A DNA stretch of 63,919 nucleotides, filler included, from Globobulimina sp. (lineage: Eukaryota): the NCBI GenBank assembly GCA_003354225.1. It is 40 parts of 40 records of this genome, joined end to end, with 100 filler letters (N's around TTAATTAATTAA, not from the genome) between each part and the next. Parts side by side here need not be neighbours in the genome. Positions count along the whole stretch, not along the records: positions 24,019 to 25,519 come from PIVH01015693.1; positions 25,620 to 27,120 come from PIVH01015694.1; positions 27,221 to 28,721 come from PIVH01015695.1; positions 28,822 to 30,322 come from PIVH01015696.1; positions 30,423 to 31,923 come from PIVH01015697.1; positions 32,024 to 33,524 come from PIVH01015698.1; positions 33,625 to 35,124 come from PIVH01015699.1; positions 35,225 to 36,724 come from PIVH01015700.1; 32 more parts are not named here. One strand, 5' to 3'. Shown piece by piece: positions 24,061-35,672 of this stretch. A program made the translations under genes and the position numbers. The stretch's first letter is position 1. Each line of letters begins with the position of its first letter. The notes beneath the pieces are model-generated. The model saw only the letters and a list, made by a program, of their open reading frames with translations. It was not told the origin of the DNA and did no database searches.

Positions 24061-24780
24061 TTTGCAGCAAGCCTCTTCGAACATTTTCAACAGTCACCAC
24101 CTGCCACCCTGACAGAAAATATCGAAAGAGAAGAAGGAGAATTAAGCGAAGAAGATGAAGACGCCATTCGTGCCACTATTCAAAGTCTAGCCGAACAGCC
24201 CTCTTCGTCCCAAGCCATTGCCCAAATCTATCAACGACCACCAAAATCGAACACTTACAATAAATTGCGTCAACGAAATCAACATACTTTGACTATCGCA
24301 GCTCACATCGGCTGGCTTGCCCATGAATACCCAACTCATACCCTTGGACAGCTCCGATTAGCTATCAATGCTGCAAGAGACTATTTATATGGTCTGGCTA
24401 GAGAACGATTTCAACAAATGTTTGACGAAACTCATGGAATTCTCCCTGACCATTACGAACAGTCAATATTTGCCCAAGATTTGACCCATATTCCTGTTGC
24501 AATGCATCCACAATTTCATAGAATTGCCGAAGCGGCCCTCATTCGCATCAATCAAGACCTTTTGCAACGTACCATCAACCGCATTTTGCCTACAGCTCGT
24601 GATTTGGATCGTCAAAGTCGAAAGCGAACTAGAGAACAATCCGAAACGGCCGACAGCAGTCCAGAACGATTCCTAGTTGAAGATGAAATTCTGTCCGGAG
24701 ATGAAGATTCATTAGAAGAACCGAAGCCCATCAGTGACCATGGTCCGAGGTCGGACATGGAGAAACCGGGGAAATTGTAG
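24061..24780 (+). CDS. Unknown ORF at the 3' end of a probable LTR retrotransposon
   Basis: Frame open from 24061; stop coincides with the start of the putative LTR; no recognised domain. Confidence 0.4.
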   Translation, partial: FAASLFEHFQQSPPATLTENIEREEGELSEEDEDAIRATIQSLAEQPSSSQAIAQIYQRPPKSNTYNKLRQRNQHTLTIAAHIGWLAHEYPTHTLGQLRLAINAARDYLYGLARERFQQMFDETHGILPDHYEQSIFAQDLTHIPVAMHPQFHRIAEAALIRINQDLLQRTINRILPTARDLDRQSRKRTREQSETADSSPERFLVEDEILSGDEDSLEEPKPISDHGPRSDMEKPGKL

Positions 24781-25015
24781 AGAACGCCCAGATTCACTGC
24801 TCCACCGCTCCTATCAACACTCGTCTTATGATCTCTTTTGATACCGTAACCCATTAATGTATCTCATTATATATAAACTGATGTGCAGGTCTCTTGTGTA
24901 ACCTATGTCATAGTGTGCGCGACATCTAAGCGTTTTACCCCTTTCTGCTAACAAGAGTTAGTTTGGATTATTGCGTTCATAAAGAACTGTGCTTTTATTC
25001 CGTGACTTCATTACA
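24776..25015 (+). mobile_element. Putative 3' LTR (about 240 bp)
   Basis: Purine-rich tract GGAGAAACCGGGGAAA immediately before TGTA; ends TACA; internal TATATATAAA; only one copy visible. Confidence 0.5.
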
Positions 25016-25759
25016 AAGCGATTAGCATATTTGCTCCAAGTTCCCTCCGGACTTAAGGAAAAGGTACTAAGTTTAATTACTGCATTAGTAAGCTAAGCTT
25101 CTTCTCGTATTGATAACCCATATACTTCTCTACACTTGATAATAATATTTTATTCATTATTTAATTAATTGTTTGCGTAATTGTTTTTCCATTTTCTTCC
25201 CGAAATTCTTTACCATATTCGACGGAATTTCTACATGGAGGTTCTACCTCTTGAATTCCTGATCGCATATTCTTAATCCAAAAGTGCCCATTTCCGAACC
25301 ATTTATTTTAAAATTATTTTATTTGTGTATTTCTGTCGTTCTCCCTTATCGAAAAGTGAGGACATTTTCCCTAGCAAAAACCGGGGAAGAGAACAATATC
25401 CATTAATTGTTTTCCTTCTATTCCTTTCGTATGTTGCTTATCCGTTGTTTTATTGGCTAAATAAATTGCTATTCTTATGACAGATTGTTGCTTAGTCCCT
25501 TTTGAAAAGCTTCCTAGACNNNNNNNNNNNNNNNNNNNNNNNNNNNNNNNNNNNNNNNNNNNNTTAATTAATTAANNNNNNNNNNNNNNNNNNNNNNNNN
25601 NNNNNNNNNNNNNNNNNNNATATATTGAGGAATATCTAAATATATCTAGATATATTGAGATATATATCAATTTTGCGATTGGAATTCACGAAATGTGCAC
25701 AACAAAAAAAACACAATAAAACACACTGGAAACAATTGAAACATGTAACCAATCGGATG

Positions 25760-27014
25760 TTATTTATAGTCGCTGCAATCCGTACAATTTTTTGTTAAAA
25801 CTGATATAAATTTCTTTTCAATGGATTGTGAGTCTTCTAATCTGGCACCAATTTTCTTTTTTTCATCCTGTATTTTCTTTCGGATATAAATAATACCAAC
25901 AATATGATATAAAACAAATATTATCACCAATGACACATTATAAATAAAATCAATATCATCAATAATACCACTCCCAAATATTCCTTCCTCTCTCCACCCG
26001 ACAGCTACCACCGCAATCATCTGAAGCATTATTAACAGCAACACGCACAAATTATATTTATCAACAATGGTCAAATATGGAACAAACGGCAGCGTATCAC
26101 CTATAATGATTTGGAATGCAATGACAGCAAATAATAAAGCAATCAAATATTCTAATCGATCTGTTACATTTTGTGGGTCAAAACTACACTGAAAAAAGGA
26201 CATTATCGATAACATAAACATCCATAGTAATACACGCGCAGCAAAGGCAAACCATTTACGTCGAACTTGCACTCGAAAATATACAAACGACACATAATGA
26301 AATGGTTCAATATTATATGGCTTGGATTTAATTTTCGATGTTCCATAATGCCAATCTACAGCACGCAAATTAATATCTGTGCCTACAATATCCCAATCTG
26401 AGTGCGAAACGAAAACGAAAACGAAACATATGATATCTTTGTATTTGAGACTGAGAGTGATAAATTACTACACCTGGCAGTGCTAAATATGTTGCGTCGA
26501 CAGTAAATGTGTCAGATAATGTTCGTATTGGCACTAAGCGTATCCCATTCATGTAACCACCATCTGTTGGCCCTTTCACATAGCAAACAAAAGTTAAATC
26601 TTGGACATCGAATGGATAGTTTCCGACTTCAAAGGTGTCAGTAAAGGTTCCTTTAAACATTATTTGTTGCAGATTGTAATGAATATTGTTGGTGCAGCGA
26701 ATGGTGACTTTCTTTTGCATCTCTGCATATTCTGTGATGTTTGACCATTCTGCTTTGTAAGTCTTGTTTGGTTCATAGTTGCTAGCACCCATTTCATCCC
26801 ATCTCTTGATCTCTTCCTTTTCGGCCACCCAATCCACCATAAATAATCCAGATATAGTATATTGTTGGTCAGCTGTACTAATGCGCGATATTTGATCTAT
26901 ACGCAGTCGAATACCAACACGAACTGCGTCATCGGTATTGTCATTACCATTGGCATCAAACTTCTTGTCTTCTGTGTTATTAATCTCGATATGTTTTTCC
27001 AGAGAGACTGCCAT
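25760..27014 (-). CDS. Cys-less pentameric ligand-gated ion channel (Pro-loop receptor); intron 26398-26473
   Basis: ISRISTADQQY, GNYPFDVQDL loop, R-R-K before TM1, DRL...LLFAVIAF (TM2), LPFVPYLTIVDKY; splicing gives ...LALPDWDIVG... Confidence 0.88.
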
Positions 27015-27220
27015 CTTTTAAATAGAACAAAATTACAAAACGATGACTAGCTCCGAAGGAATTCGTTTTTGATCGTCATCGTTTGTAGTATGATAAGGGT
27101 GTTATTCAAAGAAACAAAGTNNNNNNNNNNNNNNNNNNNNNNNNNNNNNNNNNNNNNNNNNNNNTTAATTAATTAANNNNNNNNNNNNNNNNNNNNNNNN
27201 NNNNNNNNNNNNNNNNNNNN

Positions 27221-27326
27221 GTGACAGTGACAGTGACAGTGACAGTGACAGTGACAGTGACAGTGACAGTGACAGTGACAGTGACAGTGACAGTGACAGT
27301 GACAGTGACAGTGACAGTGACAGTGA
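27221..27326 (+). repeat. Perfect (GTGACA)n hexamer microsatellite, 17+ copies, coding poly-(Ser-Asp)
   Basis: Read directly; in frame with the downstream ORF. Confidence 0.95.
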
Positions 27327-28586
27327 GGCAGCAAAAATATATAACGAACAAAAACAAACCACAAACAGCGATAGATTGGAATCCGTTGATTTGACTGGTA
27401 ATGATCAACAAACTCAATTTAGACAATCTAAATATTCCGTTCATAACACTGTGACTGTTATAGATAACAGCAGCAGAGCAAAATTGCAATTACGAAGAGT
27501 GGCATCCATTGGAGCAATCCATTACAGTCAAAATAGATTTTGGATCATGAATATCATATTGATTATATCATCAATTGTATCAATTATTGCAGGTTCTGTT
27601 GAGGCATCAATTGCAAAAAAACAAATGGATTCTGTATGTTACATTGCAGCTGCGGATAACCTGACAAATCAGCATTGTTTTGAGGCAGTTATTTCATATT
27701 CAACATCAATGGCATTGGTTTTTTTTGCTGTGATATTATTATTGGTTGGTATCTACAACGTAGTGATTGAATGTTGTAATACAAATTCAAAGAAAGGAAT
27801 TAATACAAAAGTGTATTTAATGGGTTCTGATTCAAAACAAAGATTGGTTGTATGGATAAAAGTAATGTTGTCGATATTGCAAATTACAATTATTTTACAA
27901 AACGAAATGGAACAAAAGTTATTTTTACAATTTTATCGTTTATATCATCCATCTTTTTAGCGGTGTTGACATTTAATAACAAATATAAAATTTTGTCGAA
28001 ATTACCGTTTAAGAATCCCAAAATGTTTGCGACCTGTTATTTGATATCATATTTTGTATCGAGTTTGGTTATGGCTGTAATGATAATTCATGCAATCTCT
28101 GTGTCAGGAAAACAAATATTACCAATATATTCTTACGTTGGTTTGTCATTTGTATGGTTATTTTGGTCACTGTTTTATAATAACGAGATGCAACATTTTA
28201 TAGCAGAATTAAATGATATTCCGAGTATGAAAATGGATGAAAGCAAACAAGATATTGATGTGTTTAATAGGAGGAGAGCAGCGGAAAAATTTAAAATTAA
28301 ACATGGCAAACAAATGGCAACAAGCTATGGATCATTGTATTTATTGAATGAGTTAGTGATGGTTTCCTCATTTATGGTATTTATAATATGCTGCGCAATG
28401 GCTAGCAAATCATATGAAGGCGCACAGGATGGTGCTTCATTGTTCTTTTTGTCGATATATTTGTCATTGTCATGTATTATATTTATCAACTCATTTGTTG
28501 CCATATTATCAATGGAATCAAAGAATGAAAAGGTTTATAAAGCTGCTGCATTTGAACCTTTTTTGAAAGAATCATTGTTGTTGTAA
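27221..28586 (+). CDS. Multi-pass membrane protein with N-terminal SD repeat; one frameshift near 27835
   Basis: ORFs 27376-27960 and 27852-28586 join if one A is added to the A-run in TCAAAAC; multiple TM segments. Confidence 0.65.
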
Positions 28587-29110
28587 ATAATTTGTTTTTC
28601 ATTACAATCTGTGTCTTTATATTTTGATTGTAGATCGAATCTCGTTGAGCCATTCGGCCATAGCACTGGAGGGTGTAGCCTAGTCAACTGCTTTCGCTTT
28701 TGGTGAAGTGAGGTGTAGTTANNNNNNNNNNNNNNNNNNNNNNNNNNNNNNNNNNNNNNNNNNNNTTAATTAATTAANNNNNNNNNNNNNNNNNNNNNNN
28801 NNNNNNNNNNNNNNNNNNNNNGTCTTGGTGATATAAATGAGTTCGAATCTCATTCAGAATATTAGCTTGAAAATATTCGTAGTAAAAAAAAAAATTCCTC
28901 TAGGGTTTTAGGGGCTTGCCCCCTCCTAGGTTTCTTGTTTGCGTTATAGAAATGTACTGCCTTATAAGGATATGTTTTTATCCACACTTTTACTTATGGT
29001 TTCAGAAAGCGTTTTTAAGTTTGCTTACTTACACACTTCCAAAACATTAGTAACAATGATGACTAGCTCCCTTCAGGAAAACTTGCAATATCTAAAAAAG
29101 AGAGAGATGA

Positions 29111-29435
29111 GAGTTTATGGATGGATAACTGTACATCTATATGTATCCGCGAGATTTATATATATAAAATACATATCGGTACATCTAAAATACTGTATCG
29201 GAACAGATGTATCGGTACTGGACTACTGTATGTTGCCAGCACTGAACTACATGTATCGGTACCGATATGTATGTCAGATGTATCGATATGTATTTTAGAT
29301 GTACAGATATCTATTTTAAATTTATAGATATGTAATTTAAATGAACAGACATGTATTTTAGATGTACCGATATGTATTTTATATATATAAATCTCGCGGA
29401 TACATATAGATGTACAGTTATCCATCCATAAACTC
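29111..29435. mobile_element. MITE-like or fold-back element with 83-bp perfect inverted arms (29111-29193 and 29353-29435)
   Basis: Arms are exact reverse complements; spacer contains related ATGTATCG/GATGTA sub-repeats. Confidence 0.6.
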
Positions 29436-29449
29436 ATCAATGGATATAT

Positions 29450-29833
29450 TTATGGGACAATGATAAATGTGACTGACCCAATGCCAGCAATATATAATAA
29501 TATGTCAGCATTCTCATTATCAAATTGCTTAAAAATATCAACACTGAGATTTATATCACTCACAAAATCAAATATTTGCAATCCAATAATAATGGCAGCA
29601 ATCCACTCCGCATCATCTATTTTTGAGCCTGGCCGTTTGTTGTTTATTAAACTAAAAACTGAAACCATTGCCATCAAAAACATAAAACCCAACAATCCAT
29701 AAAGAACATAATCAAACGATTCTAAATCTGGTGTACTTTGAGTAAGTATTTTGTACGTAATTAAAATATCATTATTAATAAAGAGTCGTTGGAGATCACT
29801 GCCATTCACTGGATGCGGCGTCTTCAAATTCAA
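29450..29833 (-). CDS. Fragment of a multi-pass membrane protein
   Basis: TM segments, KIDDAEW...LQIFDFVSDINL; ends abruptly beside the inverted repeat. Confidence 0.55.
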   Translation of the reverse strand: MNLKTPHPVNGSDLQRLFINNDILITYKILTQSTPDLESFDYVLYGLLGFMFLMAMVSVFSLINNKRPGSKIDDAEWIAAIIIGLQIFDFVSDINLSVDIFKQFDNENADILLYIAGIGSVTFIIVP

Positions 29834-30648
29834 TGCGTTTGCTGTCGGAATTGGAGATGAATGTTATTGTATTGCCAACTGAATCATCTTCGTAATGAAT
29901 GCTGGCTGGCAACAAAACACTGTTATTATTGTGAATTGTTTGTTTTTGTCAGTTTTTGTCAGTTTGTATTAAATGGAAATGCTATTTTTGAAAATGACGA
30001 AACTTGAATTATGGAAGCCATTGAAATAACATGACGTATATAAATATTTGCGGCGATCCAGTCACAATAATTTGAAAATCATTATCTGGTGAAATTACTT
30101 TTAACTCTTGGCATGCGCAGAATATCTGGCATCATCGCAACATAGTGGGGTCGAGACCCTGTAACCCTTGGGAAAAACGTTCTGCAAATGCGAGTGCAAA
30201 GAAAAAAATAAAAAACTGAAAGTAAGTACTAACTCAAAAACTTCAAAATTGAATGGCTGTTATCTTTGCCAAAAAATAAGCAGGCAGATTCATAATGCTA
30301 ATTCCATCCATGTATGTTAGTGNNNNNNNNNNNNNNNNNNNNNNNNNNNNNNNNNNNNNNNNNNNNTTAATTAATTAANNNNNNNNNNNNNNNNNNNNNN
30401 NNNNNNNNNNNNNNNNNNNNNNTTTAATTAATTCATAGATTCCATAGTTTTCAGTGGTTCTCCTTCAAAAAAAAAAAGGAAATGAAGGATCAAATACGGT
30501 TAATATGTATTTAAGATTTAGATAATTGCTATTTTGCGTATAGTCCAAGTTTATTATTTTTGTTTGTGCCACAGCGTTTTTAGTATCTGTTTTATAATTC
30601 ATTCATAGAGAAAAAAGTAACTCTAATTTTGAGTGTAATCTTCAGATA

Positions 30649-31923
30649 ATGCCTTCGAAACAAGCACCAGTCAACATTTCAAACTCATACTTACAAAAAT
30701 GGACCAATGGCAAAAGTAGCGGTGAGATGTGGATTATTTTATTAATCCAGTTCAACTGTGTGGTCTACGCAATGTCATTTTGGATGCAACAGCCAGTCCT
30801 ACCGTTTATCATTGAAAACCTTGGTTCAAATTCAAATGAAAATGATTCCGGTTCCTCTGAGTCTGTGTCATATTCCACAGTATTTGGATATTTCCAAACC
30901 GTCGTTTCCTTGGCTCAACTAATCGGAGGTCCATTACTGGGCAGATTTACAGATAAATCCGGAGCAAAGCAAGCATTGATTGTCTGTCAAATCGCTTCAG
31001 CACTTTCCTATTTTTCCCTGGGCTCATCCACATCATTGCAATTATTATTTATTTCCAGGCTGACCACCGTCGCCCAACAAGTGATGCAAACAGCACAGGC
31101 CTCCATTTCCCAACTAACTGACGAAGTGCATCGCGAACAATCGCTCGGTCGCTTGTCTATGGCTTATGGCATTGGCATGATTTTAGGGTCGACGCTGAGC
31201 GGCATAATTACAAAATATTTCTCTCTCAAAACGAATGCGTTTCTTGCTGCATTTTTTTCGTTATCCGTTGCTTTGATCGATATGCTATTTTTGCCGCCAT
31301 TAAAAGCTGCACAAAATACCAAAGCCACTAAAGAAAAGCCAAAACGTGGCGGAATATTAAGCAATTTTGGTGAGATCGCGTCATTAGCGGCACGTCCAAT
31401 TGTTACAAAGTTGTGTTTGTTTTTATTTTTTGGAGGATTTGGCAATCATTTGTACAGATCCATGTTTCCGCTGATTTTCAAAGAGGTTTTTGGTTTCGAA
31501 GGCTGGCAACTTGGATTCTTTGTATCTTTTGCAGCATTAACCAGTACATTGTCCAACTCTTTTTTTGTCGGATGGGCAAAATCAAAATACAATGATAAGG
31601 TTATTGTGCAGTCCTGCGTCGTTACTCTGGCTCTATGCTTAGCAATATTTGGTTATGGCTGTTCGAAGCAGTTTATGGACATTGCTGGATTGTGCATATT
31701 GACCGTGCCACAAACCATTGCCTCTGGCTTCTTATATGTGATGATCAGTGGATATATCTCCAAGATTGTGGATAGCAATGAAATGGGGACAGCTATCGCG
31801 TTGACACATGCTTTGAGATCATTCACCGGTGTCATCTCTCCAACCATTGGAGGACATTTGGTCAAATTTGGATATAAATACATTGGATATTGTGGATTTT
31901 GCTCTGGCATGTTTTCACTGATT
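30649..31923 (+). CDS. Major facilitator superfamily transporter (SLC22A18/TetA-like), 3'-truncated
   Basis: Motif A GRFTDKSGAK, about 12 TM segments, AYGIGMILG motif C. Confidence 0.92.
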
Positions 31924-32023
31924 NNNNNNNNNNNNNNNNNNNNNNNNNNNNNNNNNNNNNNNNNNNNTTAATTAATTAANNNNNNNNNNNNNNNNNNNNN
32001 NNNNNNNNNNNNNNNNNNNNNNN

Positions 32024-32750
32024 TTTGAAAACTGAAGAAATAATCACTTTAAAATCCGAACTTATAACTTTAAAATCCGAACTTATCGAAACTAAAAATG
32101 AACAATGTGCCAAAGAGGAAATGTATGGAAAAATAAATGTAAAATTGGAGAAAGAAATAAATGAGTTAAAATCCGAAATTATAGCTTTAAAATCGGAGAG
32201 TGAGAAAGAAGAAAAAAAAGAAAAGTCGTTAAGTGACACACAGAGACAAATGGAGATATTGTATGATGAATGTGCCAAAGCGAAATCTTTATTTTTATGT
32301 TGCAAAACTGAATGGATTGATGGTAAAAATATGTCATTTACAAGCTGGCTAAGCAAACATTTAAATGATACGACTGTGCAAACATTATGGAAAAAATTAA
32401 AATCTGATAAAGTGAACGGACATGTTTTTGTATCGTTATTGGCCGCGACTACAATGATTTATACAACAAAACTGTTTCAGCTCACCACAAAGACCAAAAA
32501 TAGGCCAAATATTGATACTGTGAAACTGCAGCGATATGTGCAACATTTGGGTGTTTGGTGCATTCGGAATAAAGGTATGAAAACAAATGAGATGATCAAT
32601 ATTTGTGTGGAGAAAGAATTTGGAAAGATTGTGAATGAACAGGTGTATCGATACAAATTAAGTTTAACCCAAAATGAATTTGCAAATAATTTAGCGAAAT
32701 GGGTTCAAGAATATATTGATGAGCAAGGTGTTTTGGAGAATGTTATTTGA
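32024..32750 (+). CDS. Coiled-coil hypothetical protein, 5'-truncated
   Basis: LKSELITLKSELI heptads followed by a globular C-terminus. Confidence 0.6.
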
Positions 32751-32757
32751 ACATGAA

Positions 32758-33510
32758 TTAATATTCGTTTTTGTGTTATTAAACTTCGTTTCCATCATAA
32801 AATTCAGAGTGTTCTTAATTAAAAACAAACTTTGAATAAGCTCAGTGACGAAAATGATATTATGATGGCAGACAGTGACGAAAATGAACATAAAAGTAAA
32901 AACATGGCAGACAGTGACGAAAATGAAACCATACAGGGTTACATGGCAAACCATACAGGATTACAATTGTCTCCTTTAAAAAGTTCAGAATTTTTACAAC
33001 TAGCACAAACCCTGAAAAATGCAGATTTATTCAAATCACCGTGTTTCAAAAATATCATTGTCGGTTTTGCATGGTATTTTACGTGAAGATTAAAGGATTT
33101 CCAACTTTGCTATTACAGGGACTAAAACCCAAAAGTTGTAAATCCTTAAAGTATTAAATCCATAAATCTATACGACAATGATTACAGAATATGGACCGGT
33201 GTTTATTTCTTATCCATTTGCATAAGAATAATCTAGAATCCATGAAACCAAAGTTGCAAACCCTAAAATTTATGTTATGAACTTTAAGGATTTACGTAAT
33301 ACCTTCAAATCATTAAAGTTCAATTCCACGACAATGATTGTTGAAAAAATTGGTGCGACAATGATTTTTGAAACTAGTTTAATATTCGTTTTTGTGTTAT
33401 TAAACTTCGTTTCCATCATAAAATCATTTTTGAGATTGCAGAAACAAAATAAAATAACTTGTTGTTATAAAAACTTGTTGTTATGTTAATGATTAAAAAC
33501 AAACTTTGAA
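32758..33510. repeat. Dispersed direct repeats: about 46 bp (32758-32803 / 33379-33424) and 19 bp (32818-32836 / 33492-33510)
   Basis: TTAATATTCGTTTTTGTGTTATTAAACTTCGTTTCCATCATAAAAT and ATTAAAAACAAACTTTGAA each occur twice. Confidence 0.85.
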
Positions 33511-33624
33511 GAAGTTCGAATTAANNNNNNNNNNNNNNNNNNNNNNNNNNNNNNNNNNNNNNNNNNNNTTAATTAATTAANNNNNNNNNNNNNNNNNNNN
33601 NNNNNNNNNNNNNNNNNNNNNNNN

Positions 33625-35124
33625 AACAAATCGGTACCCCAATGAATTATTATTCACAAATATATTTCGCATTTTTGTTATCGCAGCTGCAATACTGCCG
33701 GATCTTCGATTTTCTCTTTTTTCAATTTTTTGTTCTTCTTCGTCAAAAATATGCGGCACCAGTTGATGATTATAAATATGTTCTGTCAAATTGCAACAAA
33801 TAAACCACACAACTAATAAATCCAAAACTGAATCTCCTAAACTCTCCAATCTGTCAAACGTAATTCCTTCGTCTTTGTATTCTTCACCGCCTTCAATCAC
33901 GGTTTGCAGCGATCGTTGTAACAACGTATTCATTTTCAGTTTATTACTGATTGCTGCTTGTTTTAGAAAATGAACACTATCATCAACGTTTGGTACAAAC
34001 TTTTCTTTTAATATCACATTATTATAAATCTTCTTAATTATTCCTAAATTCTTTAAAAATCCCAACGTTTTATTGATAGCATTATTCATCGGATTTTGAT
34101 CGGATTCATTCATCACAGAAAGAAAAAATGAGCCAATAATTGATTGCAATAAAAAAGATGGCAAATATTGACCACCTTCAAAACTACCCAAATCATACAA
34201 AGAATTATCTGTACGATCCTGAAATTGCGGTGGTGTCCACCGTTCATAATCAAAATCATATAATACAGCATAAGAGAGTATGTTGAGTTGTTTTGCGATT
34301 CCTAGCAGCAAATCAGCAGAGTTGTGGGTTGTTACCTTTTTATGTGTGGCCTGTAACACATCAATATATATTTGCATTACATCACATATTGGATTGATAA
34401 TAAATGAATTTAATGTTGATATAAATTTTAGTACATATGATCCTAAAACGTTTAATATTTGGTGATTCATATGTGTTGTTGACGGCGATCGATGCATTGC
34501 TTCAAACAACAACCTTAAATCTATACTCATTGCACCATTATCATCTGTTTTTATCTCATCATTCTGCTGTTGAATGCACAATTTCTCGTTTAAATCAATG
34601 ACATTCAAAAAATGTTCAATTCGATATAAAATTGGTTGTATAGGTTTTAATTTACACCATAACTAAGTATATTAGGTAGGAACTGGTTCAGTATGGAATT
34701 GTGAAGTATGTACATACATTGCAGGTAATTCCCGTGGGATAACAATTTGTTGCAATTACATAAGACAATGAAGATTCCAATTGATATGACGTTATTTCTT
34801 CATTTTGTGTCACAATTAATACGTTCTATAAAAAGATGTTTATAATCTGTAATATTGTGTGTTTTGTGACAATTTGTGTACTAAACTTCGATGATTGGCT
34901 TTTCTTCGCGAACTAAAATAATGTCAAATTTTTTAGCTTTCTTCAATAACTTAGGCTCATTGACTTGTTTTAATTTATTGACATTTTCAATAAGACCCTG
35001 CGATGCAAATGATTGAAACGACGAAATGGATCGAACATCATCTTCTTTATCATCTTCTTTTCTCTCCATAGCTCTTTGTTTAAGAATGTTATCAAATTTT
35101 TCTTTATGAACACCATAGGAAACA
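33625..35124 (-). CDS. Dicer-like protein, internal fragment (connector helix + RNase IIIa); intron 34663-34717 and a second short intron upstream
   Basis: RNase III signature FDRLESLGDSVL; splicing yields CYPTGITCNLWCKLKPIQPILYRIE, matching the Dicer post-PAZ connector. Confidence 0.85.
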
Positions 35125-35224
35125 NNNNNNNNNNNNNNNNNNNNNNNNNNNNNNNNNNNNNNNNNNNNTTAATTAATTAANNNNNNNNNNNNNNNNNNNN
35201 NNNNNNNNNNNNNNNNNNNNNNNN

Positions 35225-35484
35225 CGCGACCATGGCGCAGTTTGTGCTTTTTGGGAATTACCACAATTTCCCAATATTCGTAATGTCGCTGGTGCAGACT
35301 GCCGACGAACCGTCATATTATTCTGCTGTGGCGAAGGCGACGGAGATGCATTGGGCACAGGACTATGTGATGCAGACTGCGCTTTTTTGGATTTACCTGA
35401 TGAATGAGATGGAGACTGCGCTTTTTTGGATGAATGAGATGGAGGTGGTGCACTACTATTCATTGGTTGCGTAGAAGACGACAT
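35225..35484 (-). CDS. Ser/Pro-rich low-complexity N-terminus (3'-truncated)
   Basis: ATG start, SHSSKKAQS repeats. Confidence 0.45.
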
Positions 35485-35672
35485 TGTTTAAACAGTTTTT
35501 AAGTTGATTTTTAAGTTGATTGTTTAAAAAAAAACACATCGACAAATCCGCACAAATTCACAGCCATCCAATGCAACAACACAGATTTTCACGAAGTAAG
35601 CTAGTACTTTTAAAATATTAAATAATAAAACACCAAAGTATTAAATAAATAGACAAAAAAAAACAAAAAATA

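Noticed and set aside
27221..27326. (GTGACA)n as a telomeric repeat
   Set aside because: No G-run or strand bias typical of telomeres; it reads in frame as Ser-Asp; repeats commonly end contigs
27165..27489. Minus-strand poly-SL, poly-TV and poly-CH ORFs
   Set aside because: Antisense translations of the microsatellite
28898..28930. GC hairpin near CTAG as a Helitron 3' end
   Set aside because: Short imperfect stem, atypical spacing and flanking base, no 5' end or Rep/helicase visible
28939..29440. Mirror ORFs starting MDNCTSICIREIY on both strands
   Set aside because: A consequence of the inverted repeat; no sign of real coding
17615..35124. MTR4, Dicer and other RNA-processing genes as a cluster
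   Set aside because: Unlinked contigs; co-occurrence is expected by chance
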